Source of the DNA: an uncultured Cellvibrionaceae bacterium
GTDB taxonomy: Bacteria; Pseudomonadota; Gammaproteobacteria; Pseudomonadales; Cellvibrionaceae
NCBI GenBank assembly: GCA_964542655.1
Contig: CAZIWB010000010.1
Coordinates: forward strand, 137,533-201,532
Length of the DNA stretch: 64,000 bases
Direction: 5' to 3'
Shown here: piece after piece, positions 1 through 10,035 of the stretch
Position numbering within the stretch: position 1 is the first letter of the stretch
How the letters are laid out: the number at the start of each line of letters is the position of its first letter
Notes under the pieces: generated by a model
The model's input: only the letters and a program-made list of their open reading frames with translations
Database searches by the model: none
Told to the model about the DNA's origin: nothing
Made by a program: the position numbers and the translations under genes

Positions 1-1165
1 ATGAAAACAATTTCGACATACCTCCCACAACTGTTTTACCAATAGAGTTGCAATATCTGTATAGTTCATATTCATGGTTTTGGTTAAATCTTGACTTCCC
101 CAATCCCATGACAGCTACCAAATGTCCATTAAACTCCAATCCAAGTTTAATGGATGCATTAATAGAACCCTGAATGTGATTATTTTCACAAAACTCTTTA
201 TATTGGTTTGAATTTAATTCTACAACAGAACATTTTCTGGCATAGATTCTATCACTAATACCGAGAGATGACTTTATAATAGAAATAACAATATCTTCCT
301 TTTCCTCTACTTCCTTGTCAGTAAATTGTAATAACCGTCCATCAAATTTTTCTAATTTATCTAAATGATATTTTTTGTCTTTCTGTGAGTGCCAGTATAA
401 ACCGTTGATTTCTACACCAACATGTTTTTCTGGAAAATACAAATCAATTTCCAATGGAGGTATTACACTTCTATCATTTACTGTGTGTTGAATGTGTTCA
501 AAGTGTCTTCGAACCAATATTTCATGAGATGAAGTAGAATTATTCCATGTGATGTCATCCCTATTGTTTCTTATAAAAGTGGCCACATAATTAGGCGAAC
601 AGCCAGCCATTTCTGATAACATCTTACATGTATATCCACTATCCACCATATTCACAATATGGGGAGACATTAAAAAATCGTTTACTGTGCTGAACTTGTT
701 ATCATTATTGTTTCTTAATAAATCAGCCTTTCTATTAGATATGTATTCGCTACCCAATACGCCCATGATCTTTCGAACTTGATATAATGAAAACCCTGTA
801 TCTTTCGCACATTCTTTTTGGGTTTTGAGTGGATTTTCCGAAATATATTTCAGAACTATGCTTTCGCATTTCTTTGACGCTTCTGCATTTCGTTCTGCAT
901 TTTTTTCGTTTAAGGTAGAATTTGTAATTTTGTTTCTTTCGCCCATGTGTACACTATAACAAGTCTTAGAGCAAAACTTTCTGTATCCATTTTTTACAGA
1001 AATAAACTTAGTAGTTTCGTCACATACGGCACAGCGCGGCGGAACTTCACCTGTAGCTAGTTGGTAGCACTTTTCTAAGTCTACGCTATGGCCAGATAGT
1101 TTCCTACCGCCAATCTTGGTTTTGTTTTTGATGCAATTCACTACGTAATGTTCTATTTCAGTCAT
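1..1165 (-). CDS. Homing-endonuclease-like protein (zinc-ribbon + Vsr/DUF559-like nuclease motif); C-terminus truncated by window edge
   Basis: Minus-strand ORF with ATG at 1163-1165 that runs off the window start. Translation has CAVCDE...CSKTC Cys pairs, DLYFPEKHVGVEINGLYWH (Vsr/DUF559-like PD-(D/E)xK block) and an RIYARKC...NHIQG block shared with ORF 50817..52211. Confidence 0.45.
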   Translation of the reverse strand, partial: MTEIEHYVVNCIKNKTKIGGRKLSGHSVDLEKCYQLATGEVPPRCAVCDETTKFISVKNGYRKFCSKTCYSVHMGERNKITNSTLNEKNAERNAEASKKCESIVLKYISENPLKTQKECAKDTGFSLYQVRKIMGVLGSEYISNRKADLLRNNNDNKFSTVNDFLMSPHIVNMVDSGYTCKMLSEMAGCSPNYVATFIRNNRDDITWNNSTSSHEILVRRHFEHIQHTVNDRSVIPPLEIDLYFPEKHVGVEINGLYWHSQKDKKYHLDKLEKFDGRLLQFTDKEVEEKEDIVISIIKSSLGISDRIYARKCSVVELNSNQYKEFCENNHIQGSINASIKLGLEFNGHLVAVMGLGKSRFNQNHEYELYRYCNSIGKTVVGGMSKLFS

Positions 1166-1214
1166 ATTTACTATATATCACATGGAATGGATAAATAAAA
1201 GATAAATATTCAAT

Positions 1215-1934
1215 ATGACAAACGTATTTTTTAATAACTTCCAAAGCTCTATGGAGCAAGATTTGATAGAAGACCTAACCATAGAATCCATAGGAATCTT
1301 TGGTCACTCTATCTATTATTGCCCTAGAACTGTTGTGGCTAAGGATGATGTCTTTGGCGAAGATGCACGATCAGAATATAATTCTGCATATCAGTTTGAC
1401 CTATACATTAGAAGTTATGATCAATACGAAGGCGATGGCACATTCCTATCTAAATTCAATCTAGAAATCAGGGATCAAGTTAAATTCTCTATCGCTAGAA
1501 GAACCTTCCATAATGAGGTTGGTTCTGTGGAGAAGATCGAACGCCCAAGAGAAGGCGATTTAATTTATTCTCCTATGATGAAAAGAATGTTTATCATCGC
1601 CTATGCAAATCAGACACCAGTATTCTACCAGTTAGGTGCACTTCAAACATGGGATGTTACCTGTGAGGTATTTGAATATTCTTCTGAAAAGATTAACACT
1701 GGTATATACGAAATAGACGAAATTGAAAACAGATATTCCATGGATGAAAATGCATTTACATTTGAAACCGATGGCGATAACCCGCTAACGGATGACGAAG
1801 GATATCCTATCTCTACTGGACAATTTGATTTCGAAGAACAGAACCAAGACACTTTCGCTGACAACCAAGAGTTTCAGGAAGAAAGCACGGGAATAATCGA
1901 TTGGTCACAGATTAACCCATTTAATGAGGCATAA
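1215..1934 (+). CDS. g14: Neck protein, T4 gp14-like (assigned by size and synteny)
   Basis: 239 aa ORF immediately upstream of the gp15/gp16/gp17-like genes, abutting them by 2 nt; acidic C-terminus. Confidence 0.45.
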   Translation: MTNVFFNNFQSSMEQDLIEDLTIESIGIFGHSIYYCPRTVVAKDDVFGEDARSEYNSAYQFDLYIRSYDQYEGDGTFLSKFNLEIRDQVKFSIARRTFHNEVGSVEKIERPREGDLIYSPMMKRMFIIAYANQTPVFYQLGALQTWDVTCEVFEYSSEKINTGIYEIDEIENRYSMDENAFTFETDGDNPLTDDEGYPISTGQFDFEEQNQDTFADNQEFQEESTGIIDWSQINPFNEA

Positions 1935-1936
1935 GC

Positions 1937-2758
1937 ATGTTCGGTAATATCTGGAACCATGACACAATTAGAAAATACATCATTTATTTTGGCACACTCT
2001 TTAGTGATGTGATGCTTTCGCGCGGCGATGGTGACATACCAGATCAGCTAATGAAGGTTCCCATTCAATATGGCCCTAGAGAGAAGTTCTTATCACGATC
2101 AGAAGGAAATCCAGACCTAGAACGCCCGATTGCTATTCAACTGCCTAGAATGGCCTTTGAAATGACAAATATGGTCTATGATCCAGAGAGGAAGCTTATC
2201 AGCGCTAAGAAGCTTAGATCGATTGGTAGTGATCCAGATCAAATGAATTATCAACACACCCCAACACCATACAACTTCACCTTTGAATTAAATATCATGG
2301 TGAAGAATGCTATTGATGGTGTGCGTATCGTTGAACAGATTTTGCCGTTCTTCAGTCCTGATTTCATGGGCACGCTAAACATCAATGATCTAGGCGGCGG
2401 TTGGGATGTCCCTCTAACACTCAACAGTGTGGTTAGGACCGATACCTATGAAGGCTCTTACGAGCAAAGAAGAACACATATCTGGACACTCACATTCACC
2501 ATGAAAGGTTGGTTCTTTGGACCTACGAAGTCTGGTGAGGTAATTAAACAGGTAGAGGTTTATTTCCGCATCCCTAAACCGGGCCACACGATGTACGAAG
2601 CGGTAGGGAATACCCCTAGTGTTCTGGATATCATTATCACGCCGGGGTTAACGCCAGACGGCAAACCTACCTCAAATCCTGCTGAATCCATCGATAAAGC
2701 GTTTATCGTGGCAACAGATGATTATGGATTTATTGAGGAATTTACGGAACACATTTAA
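1937..2758 (+). CDS. g15: Tail sheath stabilizer/completion protein, T4 gp15-like
   Basis: 273 aa (T4 gp15 is about 272 aa); sits directly upstream of the small and large terminase in the T4 order. Confidence 0.5.
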   Translation: MFGNIWNHDTIRKYIIYFGTLFSDVMLSRGDGDIPDQLMKVPIQYGPREKFLSRSEGNPDLERPIAIQLPRMAFEMTNMVYDPERKLISAKKLRSIGSDPDQMNYQHTPTPYNFTFELNIMVKNAIDGVRIVEQILPFFSPDFMGTLNINDLGGGWDVPLTLNSVVRTDTYEGSYEQRRTHIWTLTFTMKGWFFGPTKSGEVIKQVEVYFRIPKPGHTMYEAVGNTPSVLDIIITPGLTPDGKPTSNPAESIDKAFIVATDDYGFIEEFTEHI

Positions 2759-3222
2759 TGTCAGATGAAATTAGGAAGAAACTGGATTTAGCACCATTCG
2801 TGCCAGACAAGCCAGAATCGTATAACATACAGACCGAAGATGATTTTGAATTTGCCAGAAAGGCTATGTACGAAATTATTGCCAAGTCACAACAAGCCCT
2901 AGAAGACATGTTCGATATCGCCAAGTCGCTACAGTCACCACATGCTTATGAGGTTTTAAATTCACTTCTGAAGAACGCTGCATCATATCCAAAGGATTTA
3001 ATCGACATCCAGAAAAAGCGTATTGACATTGCTAAACTGTCTAACAAGGATGCTGATAAGGCAGACACTACAACCACTAACAACAATCTGTTTGTTGGAT
3101 CAAACGAAGATTTAAATAAACTTCTCAATTCCATGGGTATCACCAATGATACCATTGCGCTTGAAGGCGAATTTGAAGAAGTGGAAGACGAAAAAGATAA
3201 CGATAATGAGTCTAGAGAATAA
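2758..3222 (+). CDS. g16: Terminase small subunit, T4 gp16-like
   Basis: 154 aa acidic protein overlapping the start of the large terminase (ATGTCAG overlap with the g15 stop); position matches T4 gene 16. Confidence 0.5.
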   Translation: MSDEIRKKLDLAPFVPDKPESYNIQTEDDFEFARKAMYEIIAKSQQALEDMFDIAKSLQSPHAYEVLNSLLKNAASYPKDLIDIQKKRIDIAKLSNKDADKADTTTTNNNLFVGSNEDLNKLLNSMGITNDTIALEGEFEEVEDEKDNDNESRE

Positions 3223-4852
3223 TACAGGATATAATGGAAATCCCCTTCTTAGAAAGGCGGGGATTAAAATTGAGTGGACGCACGAACAAGTATTAGAATA
3301 CGCACGTTGCAAACAAGACCCTATTTATTTTGCTGAAAAGTATATTAAGATCGTTGACGTTGATAGAGGCTTTGTCAATATCAAATTGTACGATTTCCAA
3401 AAAGATATTATCACGAAATTTAATAATAACAGAAAGACGATTGTTAATAGCTCTAGGCAGATTGGTAAGACCACAACCGCTACCGTGATCATCCTTCACT
3501 ATATCCTGTTTAATGACTCTAAACAGGTAGCTTTGCTTGCCAACAAGGGCGCGGCAGCTAGAGAAATCCTAGATCGTATCCAGAGTGCCTATGAGGCCCT
3601 TCCTTTATGGATTCAACAGGGGATTAAGGAATGGAACAAAGGTTCTGTTACCCTTGAAAATAAGAGCAAGATTATTGCTTCTGCTACAACTGGTTCTGCT
3701 TGTCGTGGTAAATCGTTTGCGCTTCTGTATATTGACGAAACCGCGTTCGTTGAAGGTTGGGATGAATTTGCTGGCGCTGTTCTTCCTACGATTACGTCTG
3801 GTAAGAAAACCAAAATTCTCTATACGTCAACACCAAATGGATTAAACCACTTCCACTCGATCATGACCAAGGCCAAAGACGGTAGAAATGGTTTTGCGTG
3901 GGCTGAAGTGCCGTGGTGGGAAGTTCCGGGTAGAGATGAAGCTTGGAAGAACGAAACCCTTGCATCGATCAACTTTGATATGGAAAAGTTCAATCAGGAA
4001 TTTTGTTGTTCGTTTATTGGTTCGTCTAACACGCTGATATCATCTGCTGCCCTAAAGGCTCTTGTTGATCAAATTCCGATTGTAGAGAAATATAATATCA
4101 AGCAATACAAGGCCCCAATTGATAAGCATCAATATGTTATTGTTGCGGACGTTTCCAGAGGAAAGGGACTTGACTATTCTGCTGCATCTGTGGTAGATAT
4201 TAGCAGAATGCCTTATGAACAGGTATGTGTGTTCAGGGATAACTACGTTACGCCCGCTGATTACGCATCTGAATTATTTAAATTATCGAAAATTTATAAT
4301 GATGCAACAATTCTCGTTGAAATTAATGACAACGGGGAACAGGTATCTTATACCCTGTATAACGAATTTGAATGTGAAACCCTGATATTCACCGAATCTA
4401 ACGGCAGATCGGGCAAACGCATTTCATCTGGTTTTGGTAAAACTGGTATTGATATGGGAATCAGGACAACCAAGACAGTAAAGAACATAGGATGCTCACT
4501 GCTCAAATTACTTGTTGAACAACAACAATTGGTAATTAATGACGACAACACTATCTATGAGTTGTCCCGATTCTCGCGCAAGGGCGCATCATATGAAGCC
4601 GAATCCGGGGCTACGGATGATATCGTAATGGGGCTTGTTCTATTCGCTTGGATGACGGATCAAAGCTACTTCAAGGAACTAACTGATATTAACACTCTTC
4701 AGAGGTTAAGAGATAGAACTGAAGAAGAAATTGAGAACAGCCTAATGCCATTTGGGATACATGATGATGGCAGTGATTATCATAATGATAATTCTGTGAT
4801 TGACTTAACGACCACACCGCATCACCCGGATTTCGGCAACATATTCTTTTAA
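3146..4852 (+). CDS. g17: Terminase large subunit (T4 gp17 family)
   Basis: Walker A SRQIGKTT, Walker B LLYIDETAF, TSTPNGLNHF and a C-terminal nuclease region GATDDIVMGLVLFAW, all alignable to T4 gp17. The true start may be the ATG at 3207, which overlaps the g16 stop. Confidence 0.9.
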   Translation: MIPLRLKANLKKWKTKKITIMSLENNTGYNGNPLLRKAGIKIEWTHEQVLEYARCKQDPIYFAEKYIKIVDVDRGFVNIKLYDFQKDIITKFNNNRKTIVNSSRQIGKTTTATVIILHYILFNDSKQVALLANKGAAAREILDRIQSAYEALPLWIQQGIKEWNKGSVTLENKSKIIASATTGSACRGKSFALLYIDETAFVEGWDEFAGAVLPTITSGKKTKILYTSTPNGLNHFHSIMTKAKDGRNGFAWAEVPWWEVPGRDEAWKNETLASINFDMEKFNQEFCCSFIGSSNTLISSAALKALVDQIPIVEKYNIKQYKAPIDKHQYVIVADVSRGKGLDYSAASVVDISRMPYEQVCVFRDNYVTPADYASELFKLSKIYNDATILVEINDNGEQVSYTLYNEFECETLIFTESNGRSGKRISSGFGKTGIDMGIRTTKTVKNIGCSLLKLLVEQQQLVINDDNTIYELSRFSRKGASYEAESGATDDIVMGLVLFAWMTDQSYFKELTDINTLQRLRDRTEEEIENSLMPFGIHDDGSDYHNDNSVIDLTTTPHHPDFGNIFF

Positions 4853-5100
4853 ACTATTTCAATACTAGCAGTACAGAATGATTCGTATTCGTATAACATT
4901 CTGCCAGATATATATTCGAATGCTTTACCATCTGCCAATGCTTTCTTGGCGTTTTCGGTATCATCACCATACCAATAGCTAAGGCCATTGTCATAGGTTT
5001 GGTTGATACGCTCATTCAAGATGAATCTGGCGATGTCTTCTTTTGTTTCACCGCCAACAATTCTATCATCCCATTTTTCTTTAAACATTAGATAAATCAT
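4849..5100 (-). CDS. Hypothetical protein
   Basis: 83 aa ORF; first of a long same-strand, tightly packed ORF series. Confidence 0.35.
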   Translation of the reverse strand: MIYLMFKEKWDDRIVGGETKEDIARFILNERINQTYDNGLSYWYGDDTENAKKALADGKAFEYISGRMLYEYESFCTASIEIV

Positions 5101-5249
5101 TTTGCGGTCCCTCTTTTATACTTAAATCCTGATAATTAAGCCAGCTATATTCGTTGTACTTAACTATAAATTCCATCTTGTCTAAGACTTCTACATCACA
5201 ATTTAGGAAAGAGCAATACAAAATATCACCTATTTTCACATTTTTGAAC

Positions 5250-5651
5250 TCATTTAGGTTCATCTATAGTTCCAAAATACCTAAGCACATGATAATGGCG
5301 GTTATTTTCTCTTTCCTGATTACAAGGCGAACAAACAAATTCTGAATTATGCCTTAGGGTTGATCCATACCGCCATGGAATGATGTGGTCGCGGGTAGCG
5401 GTTGGGTACCTTCCTTTTTCGTCTGGCTTGAAAATGAAGTCACAATCGATGCACTTAAAATCTTGCCCCTTAAGGAATTGTTCTTTCCTCTTTTTATCGG
5501 TTGTACCACTAGGGCGATTAGCTCCCCTAGATGCTCTAGCGGGGTGTGATACTCCTTCTAGATACCTTTGAAGGGCAAGATAATTTAAGTGGTGATTGTC
5601 TTCAAGGTAAAAAATTTCCACCAAGAATACTTTCAATATCAGGGGTAACAA
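5250..5651 (-). CDS. HNH endonuclease
   Basis: CIDCD..., DHIIPWRYG...N..FVCSPCNQ: His-Asn-His motif with flanking Cys pairs. Confidence 0.5.
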   Translation of the reverse strand: MLPLILKVFLVEIFYLEDNHHLNYLALQRYLEGVSHPARASRGANRPSGTTDKKRKEQFLKGQDFKCIDCDFIFKPDEKGRYPTATRDHIIPWRYGSTLRHNSEFVCSPCNQERENNRHYHVLRYFGTIDEPK

Positions 5652-6237
5652 ATGAATTACCCTTTAGCAACTTACCATCTTCACGGTAAATTGGATTTCC
5701 ATCATCACCAAGCTTCGTTAGGTTTGATGCCTGTACTTCTGCGCCAATCAGATCACCCGGAATGCCAAAGGTGATATCAGCGCCCATAAGAACGTATCTA
5801 AGATCAGCGCTGGCGTCTGCAATCTCCACTACATCAATCTTATCGCGAAAGCCCTTAACGTACTCTGGTTTAACGATAGGGGATGAATCCTTGACCACAT
5901 AAGAAGAACCGCGTTCATTGTAATCAACTTCTTCACGATCAAAAAATTCAAGGCGATAATCAACACCAAAGGCGTCAAGATACTCTTTGAATTCTTCTGC
6001 GATAAGATTGATTCGCAATGCGATTTCTTCGTCTGAAACGTCTGACAGTTTCGGCAATGCCACTGTGCGGATTGATAGGTTGTATAGTTCATGGAACCCT
6101 AAAACCTGATAATAAAGGTTCGTGTCTGGTTCCAGTGTTTTAAGAAGCTGTTCCTTGTCCGTTCTGGTTTCTAAAACAGCTTCAGCGTTTACTCTTGCTT
6201 TAGTTTTCTTCTCTTGCATATATATCCGTATACTCAT
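5602..6237 (-). CDS. MazG-like nucleotide pyrophosphohydrolase (all-alpha NTP-PPase), tentative
   Basis: EEIALRINLIAEEFKEY and VVEIADASADLRYVL acidic helix motifs typical of the MazG/HisE fold. The start is uncertain (internal ATG at 6237 or 6219) because the track ORF overlaps the upstream ORF. Confidence 0.4.
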   Translation of the reverse strand: MSIRIYMQEKKTKARVNAEAVLETRTDKEQLLKTLEPDTNLYYQVLGFHELYNLSIRTVALPKLSDVSDEEIALRINLIAEEFKEYLDAFGVDYRLEFFDREEVDYNERGSSYVVKDSSPIVKPEYVKGFRDKIDVVEIADASADLRYVLMGADITFGIPGDLIGAEVQASNLTKLGDDGNPIYREDGKLLKGNSFVTPDIESILGGNFLP

Positions 6238-6475
6238 ATTTAAGCTCGATTCCCATTTCGCGGGAATCTGCGTAGCCCTCAATAAATTCAGGGCTATATT
6301 CGATATCAATAACACCCCTAGCCTGTAGTTGTGCTATGTGTTCTGCGTGTTCTTCTAGAGTGTCATAATCATAGAAACTGGCACGAAATTCTTCCATGAA
6401 TTTATCATCGAATTTTTCGTCATCCAGCGTGACAAGATATTGTTGGGTAACATCGACCCGAAATGTTTTCTTCAT
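6200..6475 (-). CDS. Hypothetical protein
   Basis: 91 aa ORF in a packed same-strand series. Confidence 0.35.
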   Translation of the reverse strand: MKKTFRVDVTQQYLVTLDDEKFDDKFMEEFRASFYDYDTLEEHAEHIAQLQARGVIDIEYSPEFIEGYADSREMGIELKYEYTDIYAREEN

Positions 6476-7005
6476 CTGTCAAGTTCTTTCTTGATAATCT
6501 CTAGGCACTTTTCTAGGCCTGCTTCGTTGCCATCAATCATATAAAAAGGAATGGTATATTCCTTAAGAATGCCTAGGATTTCTTGTTGCTTCTCATCGCT
6601 TTCATTTTCTGTCTGAAACCGTCCAGCGGGGTTGTATGGCTTAACCCGGTTCACCAGAAAATTAATGTTGCGGTATTGATCGAAAGACCACTTCACCGTT
6701 TCCTTAAAGCATTCTGGATAGTCTTGCGCGTAGGCAAGGTTAAGTAGAATAGGCGAATCTGCAATGATTACATCTACCTTTCCCTTCAGGGACCAAACCC
6801 GGTGATGTTGCTTACCGAACACATAGAACTGGTCTTTTACCGTTTCTGTGCGGTTAGACCAAGCTAGAACCTTAGCATATTCACCGGGTATTTCGCAATT
6901 AATATTTTCACATTTCAGCTTGTAAAATAATCCAGAGGCCATCGTACTTTTACCGGAACCGGGCGCTGCAAATAGATTGACCACTAGTGTTTCTTTATTC
7001 TTCAT
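6472..7005 (-). CDS. P-loop NTPase / kinase-like protein
   Basis: Walker A AAPGSGKST near the N-terminus; DSP (Walker B-like) motif. Confidence 0.5.
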   Translation of the reverse strand: MKNKETLVVNLFAAPGSGKSTMASGLFYKLKCENINCEIPGEYAKVLAWSNRTETVKDQFYVFGKQHHRVWSLKGKVDVIIADSPILLNLAYAQDYPECFKETVKWSFDQYRNINFLVNRVKPYNPAGRFQTENESDEKQQEILGILKEYTIPFYMIDGNEAGLEKCLEIIKKELDR

Positions 7006-7678
7006 TTATCATCCTGTTATATCCACGTTCAATTTCTTTCAAAAGATCATCATGGAATTTTTGGCCTAGGCCATGCGGAACATTAATAGAGATGCCGCCA
7101 ACCGATATCACATCATCGATAGACGTTGAAGGCATGTCGTAATGTTCCCATTTTAGGTATCCAAATACATAACTATACATTTCTCTAGCATACCTTTCGT
7201 TATCATCATCGGCATAATAACGATGTGTACTATAATAGGATTTGTAATTATGTATTAACTGTGGATCGAATTTGTCAGGTGAGAAGTTTTGCTTCATCTG
7301 TGTCGCCATCTCATAATCACGATCAACAAAGTAATACCTGCCACCTTTAGGCGAGACGCCCGACCCTTTACGCAAAATGATAGGTGATTTATTCAGGTTT
7401 ACAGTTACTACTTTTTGCTTTTCTCTATTGAGTTTTCGCGTCAAAGAAATAGTGATGAAATCCCCATACCGGGTTAGATCATAGGAGAATGTCTTTTTAT
7501 ATTCTTCAAACTCTTCTTCCATCTGTTTGAGAATTTTATCATAATTCTCTTGCCTGTACGTAGCGGCCAACTTGTCAGTGATAGCTTTGGCTTCCTCATG
7601 TGTAAGGTTAGCTGGATTCTTTGCCGGTGCCTCAACTTTAGGGGTAGATTGTGGGGTAGGTTTCTTTTTGAAGAACAT
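6995..7678 (-). CDS. Hypothetical protein
   Basis: 227 aa ORF, no recognisable motif. Confidence 0.4.
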   Translation of the reverse strand: MFFKKKPTPQSTPKVEAPAKNPANLTHEEAKAITDKLAATYRQENYDKILKQMEEEFEEYKKTFSYDLTRYGDFITISLTRKLNREKQKVVTVNLNKSPIILRKGSGVSPKGGRYYFVDRDYEMATQMKQNFSPDKFDPQLIHNYKSYYSTHRYYADDDNERYAREMYSYVFGYLKWEHYDMPSTSIDDVISVGGISINVPHGLGQKFHDDLLKEIERGYNRMINEE

Positions 7679-7698
7679 AATAGATCATCCTATAAAAA

Positions 7699-7787
7699 TG
7701 GCGGATAGCTAGGGAGTCGAACCCTACACACCCTTTCGGGTGTTATGCATTAGCAGTGCACTGACTTAGCCGCTTGTCTCGCTATCC
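7699..7787 (-). tRNA. tRNA-Ser (anticodon GCT), type II
   Basis: Hand fold: acceptor GGATAGC/GCTATCC, anticodon loop CTGCTAA, long variable arm ACACCCGAAAGGGTGT, T-arm GGGTTCGACTCCC, encoded CCA. Confidence 0.75.
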
Positions 7788-8125
7788 GTTTCAATCCTTT
7801 TAATAAGTATATTTAGGCTTGTCAACATTGAAAGCTTGGAATATTTTCCGCTTTCAAATACATATCCCCAAATTTCACCGGAATTATCACATTCAACAGA
7901 TGCCCAAATAACAACCCCGTTTAACTGGTTAGACAACGCAAATTCTTGAAACCATTCTTCCCATAGGAAATCTTGGTGTTCCCTTGCATCACCATCAAAA
8001 CAGATATTACCATCTTTCTCAAAATCAATTTCATGATAATTTTCAGATGCTAATTCTTCTAATTCCGTTTGTAAATGACTTGGGATTTGCAAATCATTTA
8101 GCATCAATCCGATAGACCAACTCAT
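7766..8125 (-). CDS. Hypothetical protein
   Basis: 119 aa ORF; its 3' end overlaps the tRNA-Ser 5' end. Confidence 0.35.
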   Translation of the reverse strand: MSWSIGLMLNDLQIPSHLQTELEELASENYHEIDFEKDGNICFDGDAREHQDFLWEEWFQEFALSNQLNGVVIWASVECDNSGEIWGYVFESGKYSKLSMLTSLNILIKRIETDSETSG

Positions 8126-8382
8126 TAAAAATTGTACTTTCTTGTAGTAGGAATCGTTTCAGAAGACCCTTCTTCCTTTTTCACCACAGGTTCAACCACC
8201 ACTGCCTCAATAGAGTCAATGGTAATATACGCCATTTTAGCCATGCCTTCAACATTATTCCATGACATATTTCTTCCATCTTCGTCTTTTTTAAACCCAC
8301 AAAGAGGAATAGTGATGGTATTACCTGATTTAAGATAGAATGTTGCGATTTCAACATCATCAACAGGGTACGTTTTTTCCAT
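8125..8382 (-). CDS. Hypothetical protein (start trimmed to internal Met)
   Basis: The track ORF 8125..8493 overlaps the lipoprotein-like ORF; an internal Met at 8382 removes most of the overlap. Confidence 0.3.
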   Translation of the reverse strand: MEKTYPVDDVEIATFYLKSGNTITIPLCGFKKDEDGRNMSWNNVEGMAKMAYITIDSIEAVVVEPVVKKEEGSSETIPTTRKYNF

Positions 8383-8539
8383 TGATATCTTCCTGTTTAA
8401 CCGCACCAGACGTGAATTGAATATATGAAACACCATCAACACACGTCTTTGCGTATCCTGTCCATTTTGCGGTGGTCCGATCAAGACCACCACAACCGGA
8501 TAGAGCTAGGGCACAAGCCAGAGCTACTACAGCGCGCAT
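8360..8539 (-). CDS. Small putative lipoprotein
   Basis: MRAVVALACALALSGCGG: signal peptide plus an LSGC lipobox. Confidence 0.35.
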   Translation of the reverse strand: MRAVVALACALALSGCGGLDRTTAKWTGYAKTCVDGVSYIQFTSGAVKQEDINGKNVPC

Positions 8540-8540
8540 A

Positions 8541-8951
8541 TTAATTAATCGCGCTCGGTGGAATATTAGCGGTGATACCACTAAGGTTTTCATTCAGTAC
8601 CCGTTCGGTGATCGAAACAAACATTTCCATGGGATCAAGGCCACGATCAACACCAATCTTCAAGAGAGACTGTGAGAACGACATAGCACATGCGTTAAGA
8701 ATGGCATCCGAATTCAGGTAGTCAGTAAACTTTGACATGGCCAGCGAAAGGGCGATATTCTGGAAACCCATGTTGTCAGATATGTTGCGCGATTCTGACA
8801 TACCGCTTGCCATTGCTGCACAGATGGCATCCGCACCCTTGGCAATAATGGCCGCTTCTTCACGTGTGAGGCCAGCACCAGCAACAATATCAAACAGGCC
8901 ATCAATTTCTTCTTGGCTGGTCTTAAACATATTCTTATACTCAATATCCAT
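8541..8951 (-). CDS. Hypothetical protein
   Basis: 136 aa ORF. Confidence 0.4.
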   Translation of the reverse strand: MDIEYKNMFKTSQEEIDGLFDIVAGAGLTREEAAIIAKGADAICAAMASGMSESRNISDNMGFQNIALSLAMSKFTDYLNSDAILNACAMSFSQSLLKIGVDRGLDPMEMFVSITERVLNENLSGITANIPPSAIN

Positions 8952-8971
8952 AATTCAATTCCTTTCAAATA

Positions 8972-9337
8972 TTAAACAAATAGTGCAACAGCAATAATAA
9001 TGTAGGTCACATAATGAAGATACTGATCAACCCCTAAGAGCACCCAATATTCTTCATGTGTGGTTGGTCCCCAACCCCTTGATTTGTTATAAGACATTTT
9101 GAACCAATCGACATGGTAATGAATTATGAACTCTAAAAGAGAAAGGCCTAGCGCCATAGGAAATGACGTGAATCCCAAGAGGATAGCAAAGGTAACTAGA
9201 GCATGTAGACCAGAATGGAGAATTCCTCCTAGATGTCCGTATGTCCCTTTGTTCTGCCACATATACGGTGGTTGGTAAGCAAAGTCAACAATAAAATGCT
9301 TAGTCACCATGATAAAAAAGAAAATGATTTCCATCAT
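8972..9337 (-). CDS. Small integral membrane protein
   Basis: Three hydrophobic segments, with His-rich loops (HLGGILHSGLH, HYHVDW). Confidence 0.4.
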   Translation of the reverse strand: MMEIIFFFIMVTKHFIVDFAYQPPYMWQNKGTYGHLGGILHSGLHALVTFAILLGFTSFPMALGLSLLEFIIHYHVDWFKMSYNKSRGWGPTTHEEYWVLLGVDQYLHYVTYIIIAVALFV

Positions 9338-9681
9338 ACGTTTACTTTCAGTTCATCCAAATTGAAGTGTGGTAGATCAGATTCTTTGTTGCGAACCTTC
9401 AACATGGAGTCAAAAATATCATCATCGATATTCTGGCCGTTCCAAAGATCGAATTTAGTATCACCATTCAAAACAGTGATCGTCACCACACCATAACGGC
9501 AAGGCATAGATTCATAGAAACAGCCATACTTTGTCTTATGTCCGTCATTCCAAATGACGTAATAATATTTCATATCTTCATGTGAAGCGTATGGCTTGTC
9601 CATTTTCTCTTGGTAGAGGAAGAAAGGCCCCTTTCGTTTGAGACGTTTCTTCCAAGCCAAGATTTGATCGTCTAGCGCCAT
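9334..9681 (-). CDS. Hypothetical protein
   Basis: 115 aa ORF; ATGA-type overlap with its neighbour. Confidence 0.4.
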   Translation of the reverse strand: MALDDQILAWKKRLKRKGPFFLYQEKMDKPYASHEDMKYYYVIWNDGHKTKYGCFYESMPCRYGVVTITVLNGDTKFDLWNGQNIDDDIFDSMLKVRNKESDLPHFNLDELKVNV

Positions 9682-10035
9682 TTAATCTTCCTTGTTAATA
9701 AGGTCTTCAACAAAATCACGTGCAACGTGCATAGAATTATCGAAAATACCCAAATACTTGTTACCGTCTGTATGTGTGTCCATACAGATCATCGTGAAGT
9801 GTGTTGTTTCATACACCCATTTAGGCAGAAACCTTTGGGTATAAATGGATGCTTCGTAGTACCCTTCGTTCGCGAAATCTTCTTCGGAATCCGCATATAG
9901 AACGGATTGGTCATCTGCCGTCCAGTAATAATATCTAAAATCTTCTAGAGGGATTGAAACCCAATCTTCCACATAACCAAATGCATCATGGACTTCTTTC
10001 TTGGTTTTAAAATAATCGTCAATCTTTTCTTTCAT
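9682..10035 (-). CDS. Hypothetical protein
   Basis: 117 aa ORF. Confidence 0.4.
   Translation of the reverse strand: MKEKIDDYFKTKKEVHDAFGYVEDWVSIPLEDFRYYYWTADDQSVLYADSEEDFANEGYYEASIYTQRFLPKWVYETTHFTMICMDTHTDGNKYLGIFDNSMHVARDFVEDLINKED

Noticed and set aside
1643-1864. 73 aa minus-strand ORF inside the gp14-like gene
   Set aside because: It is antisense to a longer syntenic CDS.
3585-3845. Several small ORFs inside and antisense to the terminase gene (3293..3499 -, 3585..3845 +, 3613..3813 -, 4348..4551 -)
   Set aside because: Alternative-frame artefacts within a well-supported long CDS.
5154-5571. Plus-strand ORFs 5154..5345 and 5380..5571
   Set aside because: They lie opposite the HNH endonuclease gene in a region that is uniformly minus-strand coded; they have no RBS and a hydrophobic low-complexity translation.
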